DNA from: an uncultured Dehalococcoidia bacterium
GTDB lineage: Bacteria; Chloroflexota; Dehalococcoidia; Dehalococcoidales; Fen-1064
Direction of reading: 5' to 3'
DNA: 64,000 nt
Assembly: GCA_903916765.1 (NCBI GenBank)
Contig: CAIWXV010000102.1
Coordinates: 3,506 to 67,505, forward strand
Under the pieces are notes generated by a model. It did not search any database, was not told the origin of the DNA, and worked only from the letters and a program-made list of their open reading frames with translations. The position numbers were made by a program, and so were the translations under genes. Each line of letters starts with the position of its first letter. Position 1 is the first letter of the stretch. This document shows, piece after piece, positions 40,626-49,603 of the stretch.

Positions 40626-40807
40626 GCTGTAAATCTAGCTTTTATTATATAAATAGTTAGAGTTTATTAATAGAGTACCACTCCCTGCAACAAACTTTCA
40701 GACTTTTGTTGGCAGAATGTTGGTATAAAACTATCTATGTGAAGTCTAGTTTAACGCTAAATTGCCGCTAAATCGTCAGCTAAGGGGCTAATTTAGATTC
40801 AATAAAG

Positions 40808-40883
40808 TGGTGAGCCGTCTGGGATTCGAACCCAGGACCACCTGATTAAAAGTCAGATGCTCTACCAACTGAGCTAACGGCCC
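40808..40883 (-). tRNA. tRNA-Lys (anticodon UUU), CCA encoded
   Basis: Cloverleaf GGGCCGT/ACGGCTC acceptor, anticodon loop CTTTTAA, T-loop TTCGAAT. 76 nt. Confidence 0.95.
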
Positions 40884-40960
40884 ATACTGTAAAAATACAA
40901 TGGCGCTCGGAAACGCCATTGTATACCGAATTGAATTATAGCCTGTTCAGCCTGTAACCG

Positions 40961-41851
40961 TCAAACGCCTTTGTGTGCCTGTATTGCCAGGGCAATCGCC
41001 CCTAAAATCCCCGCACGTTTGCCGAGTTTAGGCGGTACGATGTAACTATCGATATCCTTCAGAATTTCCTGTGACTGGACATAGCCATTCAGTAATTTTT
41101 GCACGTTTTGACGTATCATCGGGAAGAGTTGCGGTTGTTCCATAACGCCGCCGCCGAGAATCACTTTTTGTGGCGACAGAGTACAGACAAAATCGTTCAC
41201 TGCCAGCGACAGGTAGTGTGCTTCGAGTGCCCATCCGGGGTGGTTGTCAGGCAAAGTTTCCGCAAGCTGTCCCCACCGTTCCTGCAAAGCCGGGCCTGAC
41301 GCCAGACCCTCGAAACAGTCACCGTGGAAAGGACAGTGACCATGATACGGGTCGGCTTTTTTATCGTGAGGCAGGCGGATGTGCCCCATTTCCGGATGCA
41401 CCATACCGTGCATTAATTTCCCATTCACCATACCGCCGCCACCGATGCCGGTGCCAATCGTCAGATAAATGAAATTATCCAATCCTTGTGCCGCTCCCCA
41501 CTGGTTTTCACCCAAGCCGGCACCATTGACATCGGTATCGAAGCCGACAGGAACGTTTAAGGCTCGCCCGACGACTCCTGCGAGGTCGGCAAAAGCCCAG
41601 CCCGGTTTCGGTGTGGTGGTGATATAACCGTAGGTGGGCGAATTATGATTAAGGTCGACCGGCCCGAAAGTGGCAATACCGACAGCTGATAACCCCTTTT
41701 GCTCGCGGAAGAAATTGATTACCTGCCCGAGTGTCTCGGCAGGTGTAGTCGTAGGAATCCGTTTTACATTCCCCAAATCTTCAGGATTAGTCCCCACGGC
41801 ACAAACGAATTTAGTGCCGCCAGCTTCGATGCCACCGTATAATGCACACAT
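40961..41851 (-). CDS. ROK-family sugar kinase (fructokinase/glucokinase-like)
   Basis: [14 protein letters not shown] motif and zinc motif [17 protein letters not shown]. Confidence 0.85.
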   Translation of the reverse strand: MCALYGGIEAGGTKFVCAVGTNPEDLGNVKRIPTTTPAETLGQVINFFREQKGLSAVGIATFGPVDLNHNSPTYGYITTTPKPGWAFADLAGVVGRALNVPVGFDTDVNGAGLGENQWGAAQGLDNFIYLTIGTGIGGGGMVNGKLMHGMVHPEMGHIRLPHDKKADPYHGHCPFHGDCFEGLASGPALQERWGQLAETLPDNHPGWALEAHYLSLAVNDFVCTLSPQKVILGGGVMEQPQLFPMIRQNVQKLLNGYVQSQEILKDIDSYIVPPKLGKRAGILGAIALAIQAHKGV

Positions 41852-41886
41852 TATTCTTACCTGCCATTATAAATATCTGGAGCCAG

Positions 41887-41961
41887 CGAAGAGAGTCGAA
41901 CTCTTGACCGACGGTTTACGAAACCGCTGCTCTACCACTGAGCTACGCTGGCAAGCCGAAT
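41887..41961 (-). tRNA. tRNA-Thr (anticodon CGU), CCA encoded
   Basis: GCCAGCG/CGCTGGC acceptor, anticodon loop TTCGTAA, T-loop TTCGACT. 75 nt. Confidence 0.95.
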
Positions 41962-42019
41962 CAACACAAATTATACCCGATTAAGGCATAAGTGAACAAC
42001 ACTACGCCGAATGGCTAAT

Positions 42020-42048
42020 TTGATTGGCTACTACCCTTATGATACTAT
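42020..42048 (+). promoter_or_regulatory. Candidate promoter of ribF-tyrS
   Basis: TTGATT (42020-42025), 17 nt, TACTAT (42043-42048). Confidence 0.45.
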
Positions 42049-42142
42049 AAATTCATCGAAACACCGACCGCCTGGAGAGCTTTTACAGACTCATTTCCCA
42101 TCTTAATATTACCAGGCAAATTCTCCGGTATTCAGGAAAACT

Positions 42143-43063
42143 ATGCGAGTTGAGGAAGAGCTGGCACGATTTTCACCTCGGGAGGATATGCTCCTGACCA
42201 TCGGGGTTTTTGACGGTGTCCACCTCGGTCATCGACACCTGATTTCCAACCTTGTAGAGCTGGCACACAAGCAGAATCTCCTGAGTGGTGTCATCACTTT
42301 CCGTCAACATCCGCGTGAATTGTTATCTCCACATAATATTCTTCCCTACTTGACAACGATTACCGAGAGAGAACAGCTCCTGAAAAAAGAGGGCATCGAT
42401 ACTGTCGTGGTCTTACCTTTTGACAGAGACTTAAGCCGTCTCAGCGCCCGTGATTTTGTCAGCCTTCTGAAAAAACATCTCAGGATGCGTGGCTTGGTCA
42501 TCGGACCTGATTTTGCTCTGGGTAAAAATCGGGAGGGGAATTTTACCGCTTTGAGTTCTCTCGGTAAGGAAATGGACTTTACGGTTACCATCGTCCCTCC
42601 GAAAATAATCAATGGCGAAACGGTAAGCAGCACCATCATCAGGAAGGCTCTGGCAGAAGGTGATATGGATAAAGTAACACGTTTGCTAGGAAGACCATTC
42701 AGCCTTCAGGACAAAGTAATTCCCGGTGAGCATCGCGGTGCCAAATTAGGCTTTCCGACAGCTAATATGAGCATCGACTCGAAGAGAGCTATCCCGCCGG
42801 ATGGTGTTTATGCTACTCTGGTCTACATCGACGGGAAAAGGTATCAAGCAATAACCAACATCGGAAAACGCCCCACCTTCGGTGAAGAAGATGAACGTAT
42901 CATCGAATCTCACATCCTGAATTATCATCAGAACCTGTATGGAAAAGAGTTTAAAATTGAAATCATTCAGCGGCTTCGTGCTGAGAAACGCTTCAACAAT
43001 ATCGAGGAACTCAAAAAACAAATCGCCGAAGATGTGAAACGCGGCTCGGAAATTCTAAATTAA
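42143..43063 (+). CDS. ribF: Bifunctional riboflavin kinase / FAD synthetase
   Basis: GVFDGVHLGH, GFPTAN and TNIGKRPTF motifs. Confidence 0.95.
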   Translation: MRVEEELARFSPREDMLLTIGVFDGVHLGHRHLISNLVELAHKQNLLSGVITFRQHPRELLSPHNILPYLTTITEREQLLKKEGIDTVVVLPFDRDLSRLSARDFVSLLKKHLRMRGLVIGPDFALGKNREGNFTALSSLGKEMDFTVTIVPPKIINGETVSSTIIRKALAEGDMDKVTRLLGRPFSLQDKVIPGEHRGAKLGFPTANMSIDSKRAIPPDGVYATLVYIDGKRYQAITNIGKRPTFGEEDERIIESHILNYHQNLYGKEFKIEIIQRLRAEKRFNNIEELKKQIAEDVKRGSEILN

Positions 43064-43076
43064 GTGAGAAACTAAA

Positions 43077-44270
43077 ATGAGCGCAAAAGTGGATATGAAC
43101 CGCCTTTTGAAAAGAGGAGTCTCGGAAATTATCTCGGAAGAGGAACTAGTCCGATTGCTTAACAGCGGCAAAAACCTGCGTTTGAAAGAAGGTTTCGACC
43201 CCAGTTCTTCAGATATACATATGGGGCATATGGTGGGACTTCGAAAACTGCGTCAATTCCAGGAGCTTGGGCATCAGGTTGTTCTGATTGTGGGGGACTG
43301 GACCGCACAAATCGGCGACCCTAGCGGCGCTTCCATCACGCGCCCAATGTTAACCGCTGAGCAAGTCAAAGCGAACGCCGAGACCTATATGAGGCAATTT
43401 TTCAAAGTGGTTGACCGTGAAAAGACAGAAGTGCGGTGGCAAAGCGAATGGTTCGGGAAATTTTCTCTGGCGGATGTCGTTAAATTGACCAGCAAATTCA
43501 CGGTAGCGCAATTCCTCGCTCGTGAGGATTTCAATAACCGTTTCAAAGCGGGTAAACCGATTGCCATTACGGAATTGCTTTATCCACTGCTCCAGGCTTA
43601 TGACTCCGTAATTGTAAACTCTGATGTCGAATTCGGCGGACAGGACCAGAAATTCAATTTCCTCGTCGGTAGAGAACTCCAAACAATGATGGGGCAACAC
43701 CCCCAGCAGTGTTTTATGACATCATTGTTGGTAGGCACTGACGGCGTGCAGAAGATGAGCAAGAGTTTAGGAAATTACATCGGTGTGGATGAACCGCCTA
43801 ACGAGATTTATGGCAAAGTGATGGCACTTGCCGATAATATGATAATCATGTACTTCGATTTGCTCACCGATGTGTCCGATAAGGAATTAGCGGAATTCCG
43901 CCGCCAACTCAGCGACAACTCTATCAATCCGATGATTCTGAAAAAACGCCTGGCGGTAGAATTGATTACCCAGCTATACAACAAGGAACAAGCCATTAAA
44001 GCCGATGAGAATTTCACTAAAGTATTCCAGAAGAGAGAGATGCCGGAGGAGATAGAGGAACTTAAAGTCAATGCGGATGAAGATATCCGTGATGTCATCA
44101 CACGAGCCAATTTCGCCAAAAGCCGCAGTGAGGCAAACCGGCTACTTCAACAAGGCGCCATCAGCATCGACGGCACAAAGATAACGAGTGGCAAAGTTTC
44201 TTATCAGAATGGTAATATTATTAAGGTGGGCAAACACCACTTTATCAAAGTGATTGTATCCAATAAATAA
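43077..44270 (+). CDS. tyrS: Tyrosine--tRNA ligase
   Basis: HIGH-like DIHMGHMV, KMSKS in QKMSKSLG, C-terminal S4-like domain. Confidence 0.95.
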   Translation: MSAKVDMNRLLKRGVSEIISEEELVRLLNSGKNLRLKEGFDPSSSDIHMGHMVGLRKLRQFQELGHQVVLIVGDWTAQIGDPSGASITRPMLTAEQVKANAETYMRQFFKVVDREKTEVRWQSEWFGKFSLADVVKLTSKFTVAQFLAREDFNNRFKAGKPIAITELLYPLLQAYDSVIVNSDVEFGGQDQKFNFLVGRELQTMMGQHPQQCFMTSLLVGTDGVQKMSKSLGNYIGVDEPPNEIYGKVMALADNMIIMYFDLLTDVSDKELAEFRRQLSDNSINPMILKKRLAVELITQLYNKEQAIKADENFTKVFQKREMPEEIEELKVNADEDIRDVITRANFAKSRSEANRLLQQGAISIDGTKITSGKVSYQNGNIIKVGKHHFIKVIVSNK

Positions 44271-44282
44271 TAAAGGAGAAAG

Positions 44283-44378
44283 ATGGAAAACCTACGTGTA
44301 TCCGGCCTAACCGCTTATCCCCAGAATGACCTTGTTCCTTTGACCGGCGCAGGTACGTGGGGCTGGAAACGGCCCTAG
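44283..44378 (+). CDS. Unannotated 31-aa ORF (MENLRVSGLTAYPQNDLVPLTGAGTWGWKRP)
   Basis: ATG 44283 lies 5 nt after AAAGGAGAAAG, immediately after the tyrS TAATAA. TAG at 44376-44378. Confidence 0.35.
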   Translation: MENLRVSGLTAYPQNDLVPLTGAGTWGWKRP

Positions 44379-44481
44379 TCAATCTATTCTCTTCTAAAAT
44401 ATTAGCTGTCAGAACAGTACTTAACCCGCTGTAATAAAATCGCAGCGAATCAACGAAGAAATTATATATGTGAGGAAATAA

Positions 44482-45567
44482 ATGGTAAAAAGAAATGTAA
44501 ATTTTAATCCCGGCCCGGCGGCGTTGCCGCTGGATGTCTTAAAAATTGTGCAAGAAGAACTTCTTGATTACCAGGGTAGCGGAATGTCAATCCTGGAGAG
44601 TTCCCATCGTGCTAAGGAATTCGAAGCCATCAATGACCAGGCAATCGCGCTGGTACATGAACTGTTCGGACTGGGCACTGATTACCAAGTATTATTCATG
44701 GGTGGTGGCGCATCTACCCAGTTCGCCCTGGTACCGATGAACTTCATCGGTGATGGCCAGATGGCCGCTTATGTGGACACCGGCGAATTTGCTTACAAAG
44801 CCATGAAGGAATGTCAGATCGTGGCTAAAGCACACGTGGCGTTCTCCTCCAAAGAGGAGAAATATCGTCGGATGCCGAAGATGAGCGAGATTAAGTATCC
44901 GGAGAATGTGGCTTATCTCCACATTTGCTCTAACAATACCATCGAAGGGACTCAGTACCAGGAGTTTCCGAATGCCGGCAATATTCCGCTGGTAGCCGAT
45001 ATGTCTTCGGATATTGCCTCGCGGCAAGTGGATTTTAGGAAGTTTTCCCTGATCTACGCCGGAGCGCAGAAGAACCTCGGCCCGGCAGGTGTGACGCTGG
45101 TGGTCATTCGTAATGATTTTCTGGCAAAAGCCAAAACAGGTCTGCCAACCATGTTCAGTTACAAGACCTTTGTGGATAATAAATCATTGTACAACACGCC
45201 TCCGGTATTCGGGGTTTATATCATGAAACTGGTGTTGGAGTGGATTAAGAGTAAGGGTGGTCTGGCAGGAGTGGAGAAAATCAATGCAGCCAAAAAGGAT
45301 TTGCTATACAGCACTATCGATGCCTCTCCGGATTTCTATAAAGGGGCTGCTGAGAAAGCCAGCCGGAGCTGGATGAATGTCACCATGCGACTGCCTACTG
45401 AAGAACTGGAGGCTAAATTCGTCGCCGATGCCAAGAAAGAAGGATTACTGGGTCTTAAGGGCCATCGCTCTGTCGGAGGCATTCGCTTCTCGATTTATAA
45501 CGCAGTGTCTCTTGAGGACATACAGAAGACGGTCGACTTCATGGGTAAGTTCCGCAAGTCTGCCTGA
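44482..45567 (+). CDS. serC: Phosphoserine aminotransferase
   Basis: 361 aa. NFNPGPAALP N-terminus and PLP-Lys region YAGAQKNLGPAG. Confidence 0.95.
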   Translation: MVKRNVNFNPGPAALPLDVLKIVQEELLDYQGSGMSILESSHRAKEFEAINDQAIALVHELFGLGTDYQVLFMGGGASTQFALVPMNFIGDGQMAAYVDTGEFAYKAMKECQIVAKAHVAFSSKEEKYRRMPKMSEIKYPENVAYLHICSNNTIEGTQYQEFPNAGNIPLVADMSSDIASRQVDFRKFSLIYAGAQKNLGPAGVTLVVIRNDFLAKAKTGLPTMFSYKTFVDNKSLYNTPPVFGVYIMKLVLEWIKSKGGLAGVEKINAAKKDLLYSTIDASPDFYKGAAEKASRSWMNVTMRLPTEELEAKFVADAKKEGLLGLKGHRSVGGIRFSIYNAVSLEDIQKTVDFMGKFRKSA

Positions 45568-45624
45568 AATTCGTGATACAAAAGCACACTAAATAATAAA
45601 TATTTTACAGGATGAGGAAATAAG

Positions 45625-47202
45625 ATGATGAAAGTTTTAGCTACCGATGGGGTTTCGGCGGAAGGGATTGCATGCATTCAGGACTGTGCCCAGATAGATA
45701 TCAAACCTACCCCTAAACCCGAAGAATTGATTGCTATGATCGGCGATTATGAAGCACTGATTGTGCGCAGTCAATCGCAGGTAACTGCCCAGGTGATTGA
45801 AGCCGGTAAGAAGCTGATGGTTATCGGCCGGGCTGGCGTGGGTATCGATAACATCGATGTCGCCGCAGCTACTCAGCGAGGTATCGTGGTGGTCAATGCC
45901 CCCACGGGTAATACTATTTCTGCCACTGAGCACACCATTGCCCTGATACTGTCACTTGCCCGCCATATCCCCCAGGCAAATGCCTCTCTGAAAAGCGGCA
46001 AGTGGGATAGAAACAAGTTCATGGGTACCGAGGTCAGAAACAAGACCCTCGGAATCGTCGGACTTGGTAATATCGGAAAAGAAGTTGCACGACGCGCTCA
46101 GGCATTCGAGATGAAAGTCATTGCCTTTGACCCGTTCATTTCGGCTGAGTATGCTGTTAAGTTACAGGTAACAATGGTTACCCTTGAGGAACTATTCAAG
46201 GCATCGGATTTTATTACTCTGCACGTACCGCTGAATGCCAATACTAAGGGAATTATCGGTGAAAAAGAAATAGCAACGATGAAACCTACGGTTCGCATTA
46301 TCAATTGTGCCCGTGGCGGCTTGATTGACGAGGAAGTATTAGCCAAAGCAGTCGCCGAAAAGAAAATCGCCGGCGCAGCAGTCGATGTCTATGCTAAAGA
46401 ACCCACTACACAAAGTCCGCTTTTCGACAAAGATGCCATCATCGTAACACCGCATCTGGGAGCTTCTACGGCTGAGGCACAGGTCACAGCGGCGAAAGAC
46501 GTCGCGGAACAAATCGTCGATGTCCTCAAGGGCAAGCCGGCCCGCTATGCCGTTAACATCCCCTTCGTCGCAGCGGAAACCTTTGCTGTACTGGCACCTT
46601 TTATGAAAGTAGCATCCTCGGCAGGCAATCTGTTATGCCAATTAGCTGGAGGCCAAATTAAATCGCTACGTATCAGGTACGAAGGAGAAATTGCCAACTA
46701 CGATACGGCTATCCTCAAAACTTCAGTGCTGGGCGGTCTACTGGAAACCGTCAGCGAAGAACGTGTGAATCTCGTTAATGCCAATCTGGTAGCTACCAAA
46801 CGCGGCATAAATGTAGTGGAGGAGAAAGTAGCTAACTGCGAGAATTATGCCAGTTTGATAACCCTCACTGCCACAACCACAGACGGGAGTACTACAGTTG
46901 CTGCAACCGTAATGCGCGGTGAACCGCAAATGGTTCGCGTCAATGACTATTGGATCGATATCGTACCTACAGGTGGCTATTTCCTGTTCAGCGACCACCT
47001 TGACCGACCGGGTACCATCGGTGCGGTGGGTAATATCACCGGCAAGGCTAATATCAATATCAATTCGATGCATGTAGGCAGACTGAAGCCCAAGGGACAA
47101 GCCCTAATGATATTGTCAATCGATGAACCTCTACCCGAAAAGGTACTGGAACAAATACGTGCAGTACCTAATATCAATACCGCCAAACTGGTAAGACTAT
47201 AA
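45625..47202 (+). CDS. serA: D-3-phosphoglycerate dehydrogenase (long form with ACT domain)
   Basis: 525 aa. GIVGLGNIGKEVA, NCARGGLIDE, TPHLGAST and a C-terminal ACT-like segment. Confidence 0.95.
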   Translation: MMKVLATDGVSAEGIACIQDCAQIDIKPTPKPEELIAMIGDYEALIVRSQSQVTAQVIEAGKKLMVIGRAGVGIDNIDVAAATQRGIVVVNAPTGNTISATEHTIALILSLARHIPQANASLKSGKWDRNKFMGTEVRNKTLGIVGLGNIGKEVARRAQAFEMKVIAFDPFISAEYAVKLQVTMVTLEELFKASDFITLHVPLNANTKGIIGEKEIATMKPTVRIINCARGGLIDEEVLAKAVAEKKIAGAAVDVYAKEPTTQSPLFDKDAIIVTPHLGASTAEAQVTAAKDVAEQIVDVLKGKPARYAVNIPFVAAETFAVLAPFMKVASSAGNLLCQLAGGQIKSLRIRYEGEIANYDTAILKTSVLGGLLETVSEERVNLVNANLVATKRGINVVEEKVANCENYASLITLTATTTDGSTTVAATVMRGEPQMVRVNDYWIDIVPTGGYFLFSDHLDRPGTIGAVGNITGKANININSMHVGRLKPKGQALMILSIDEPLPEKVLEQIRAVPNINTAKLVRL

Positions 47203-47211
47203 ATCAGTCGT

Positions 47212-47250
47212 AGGGCTCAAGAAAAACCTTCTTGAGCCCTATTTATTATC
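47212..47250 (+). terminator. Rho-independent terminator after serA
   Basis: AGGGCTCAAGAA-AAACC-TTCTTGAGCCCT followed by ATTTATTAT. Confidence 0.6.
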
Positions 47251-47271
47251 TGATAAGAGGAGATTAGGCAG

Positions 47272-48063
47272 ATGGAATATGAAGGCTTGTTGTTGGAAAA
47301 GAAAGGGTACGTTGCCGTCATCACGCTGAACATTCCCGAAAAGCTCAATCCTCTCACCAAGAAAACGATAATGAGTCTTGCACGGGTCACAAATGATATC
47401 GCCCTCGATGACGAAGTTAGAGTAGTTATAGTTACCGGTGCCGGACGAGGCTTTTGCTCCGGTGCTGATGTCTCCGCGATGACCAATCCCGAAAGCGTAT
47501 ATGCATCGCGCTTCGAACGGATTCAAGTGACAGGTTATCCCCACGCCGATGCTTTCCCGAGACTGAATAAGCCTGTCATCGCGGCTATCAATGGTCCCTG
47601 TGTGGGCGGGGGGTTCTCTTTAGCACTGAGTTGCGATATCAGGATTGCCGCTGATACTGCCAAATTCGGCCTGTCTCAGGTGGCCCGCGGATTAGTCCCG
47701 GATTACGGGATGACTCTCTATTTGCCTATCCTCATCGGCGTTTCCCGCACTTTCGAATTAATTTACACCGCTGAAATCATCGATGCCGAAGAAGCAAAGA
47801 AACTAGGTATTGTCAGCCGGGTTGTACCGGGTGAACAATTGATGACTGCCGCAATGGAATTGGCAAATAAGATTGCTCAACAACCGCCATTCTCATTAGA
47901 ATTGAGCAAAAAAATCATTTGGCGTAGTCTTCTGGATAATCTGAGTCGTCAACTCGACCTAGAATCGCTGGCATTCCAAATCTGCATCGGTACCGAAGAC
48001 CACCGTAAAAGCGTCCAAGCCTTCTTGAATAAACAACCGCCGCCCAAATTTACCGGAAAGTAA
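47272..48063 (+). CDS. Enoyl-CoA hydratase/isomerase (crotonase) family
   Basis: ITGAGRGFCSGADV and NGPCVGGGFSLAL motifs. Confidence 0.9.
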   Translation: MEYEGLLLEKKGYVAVITLNIPEKLNPLTKKTIMSLARVTNDIALDDEVRVVIVTGAGRGFCSGADVSAMTNPESVYASRFERIQVTGYPHADAFPRLNKPVIAAINGPCVGGGFSLALSCDIRIAADTAKFGLSQVARGLVPDYGMTLYLPILIGVSRTFELIYTAEIIDAEEAKKLGIVSRVVPGEQLMTAAMELANKIAQQPPFSLELSKKIIWRSLLDNLSRQLDLESLAFQICIGTEDHRKSVQAFLNKQPPPKFTGK

Positions 48064-48068
48064 TAAAC

Positions 48069-49379
48069 CTAGAATAACGGATTTACTACTAATCCTGCCG
48101 GTGCTTTGGGATAGAAATAGGTCGATTTCCGCGGCATCTTATCCTTGACATCAGAGATGGCTTTGATAAGCTCCGGTTTGACTGGTTTCAGCAAGAAAAC
48201 CACCTGTTGTTCGCCTTTGGCTACCTGCTTAACTGCCTCATCACGGTCATGGCTGAAACTAACCCTTTTCTCGTCGCCGCTACCAATACCGAGCTCCAGA
48301 GTTTTCTGCAATATTAGATGGTCGAGAATGCTAACATCCAGATTACGGTAAATTTCACTATGGTCAGGGAACATCGACTGTCCGACAGTTCCAGGGTCCT
48401 TTAATTTCAACACGAAGAATTTATCATTACCGCGAACAAACATCCCTATCCTTATTCCATCTGGTTTGGCAAGAATAGTATCGAGTTTATACCAGATATC
48501 GGGAGATTTAGGCAATTCGGTCACTTCGAACGAGTCCTTTAGTTTTTCTTCCAATCCGCTCAAGACCGATTTTGAGAGTCCGCAAACTACACGGTGCGGT
48601 GCCAGAATAATCAGTCCGGGGTCGGCGAAATCCACAAGTGTCGTCATCACAAAATTAAAAGCGGCATCCGGTGAAGTATTGAGTTTACCGGCTAGTTGCT
48701 CGTTTTTGTAGGCAAGAGCACTCGTGTAACGATGGTGACCGTCTGCAACATAGAGGGGCTGTCCGGAAATAAGTTCGGAAAGCTGACGGATAGCTTCGGG
48801 GTCGGTAATTGCCCATATCTCATGCTTATCACCTTCGGGAATAGCGGTATCGATAATCGATTTTGCCTTGGTTTGTTTCGCCAATATCGAAGCGATTTTA
48901 CGCTCCGGGTCCTGATACATCATCAATACTGGGCTGGTGTTTACTCGCAACGCCCTTAACAAATTATGGCGGTCTTCTTTAGGAGTGGAAAGAATATTTT
49001 CGTGGGGTCGGATAATCATTTTGTCCCATTCTTCCAACCTGACACGGGCAATAATGCCCCGCCGTACATGGTCTCTCCCCTGAAGATGGAAATAATGGTC
49101 GTGGAGATAAATTGCGGGCGATTGTTCCGGAACGAGGATTTTTCGCTCGAGCCATTGTTTTAGAGTTGCTGCAGAGCGGGTATATTTATTATTAGTAGGG
49201 GTATCATTACTGTTGCGGCGAGCATCTTCCAATCGGATAAAATTATGCTCATTGCGGGAGTGTAATTCCTCGTGAAACGAAGGGGAAATCACATCGTAGG
49301 GCGGACAAATAACTCCCGATAGGTCTTCTATAATCGATTGATTGTAGCGCAAGCCACGGAAAGGTTGAATTTCAGCCAT
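48069..49379 (-). CDS. DUF1015-family protein, function unknown
   Basis: 436 aa. Family-typical N-terminus PFRGLRYN ... ICPPYDVIS. Family assignment is from memory. Confidence 0.7.
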   Translation of the reverse strand: MAEIQPFRGLRYNQSIIEDLSGVICPPYDVISPSFHEELHSRNEHNFIRLEDARRNSNDTPTNNKYTRSAATLKQWLERKILVPEQSPAIYLHDHYFHLQGRDHVRRGIIARVRLEEWDKMIIRPHENILSTPKEDRHNLLRALRVNTSPVLMMYQDPERKIASILAKQTKAKSIIDTAIPEGDKHEIWAITDPEAIRQLSELISGQPLYVADGHHRYTSALAYKNEQLAGKLNTSPDAAFNFVMTTLVDFADPGLIILAPHRVVCGLSKSVLSGLEEKLKDSFEVTELPKSPDIWYKLDTILAKPDGIRIGMFVRGNDKFFVLKLKDPGTVGQSMFPDHSEIYRNLDVSILDHLILQKTLELGIGSGDEKRVSFSHDRDEAVKQVAKGEQQVVFLLKPVKPELIKAISDVKDKMPRKSTYFYPKAPAGLVVNPLF

Positions 49380-49446
49380 AATACTTCTCCCGGGTAAAGA
49401 GTCTACTAATTCAGTTTACTTTATATTTCGTTAACGGCACAAGTAG

Positions 49447-49570
49447 CAAATTATCATTGTAATTTGTTGAATCAGGGAAGTACTTTTGTAGATTTTTGCA
49501 CTCCCATAAATTGGAAAGTGCTAAAATAATGTATCATTGAGATGCGCCGTAACTAAAGATTTATCATTGA
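49447..49570. promoter_or_regulatory. Three TATCATTG boxes in the DUF1015/abfD divergent region (candidate operators)
   Basis: CAAATTA-TCATTG-TAATTTG palindrome (49447-49466). TATCATTGA at 49532-49540 and again at 49562-49570, 30 nt apart. Confidence 0.4.
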
Positions 49571-49603
49571 AGTCTTGACGAGTGGCATTTGGAGGGGAAA
49601 CAT

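Noticed and set aside
38020-40807. Intact prophage or integrative element at tRNA-Lys
   Set aside because: I found no integrase, no phage or conjugation genes, and no direct repeat of the tRNA 3' end. It is kept only as a possible ancient islet.
43064-43076. T-box leaders for tyrS, cysS or serA
   Set aside because: tyrS and cysS start 12-13 nt after the preceding gene. The leaders before ribF and serC lack specifier-loop or T-box (AGGGUGGNACC-like) sequences.
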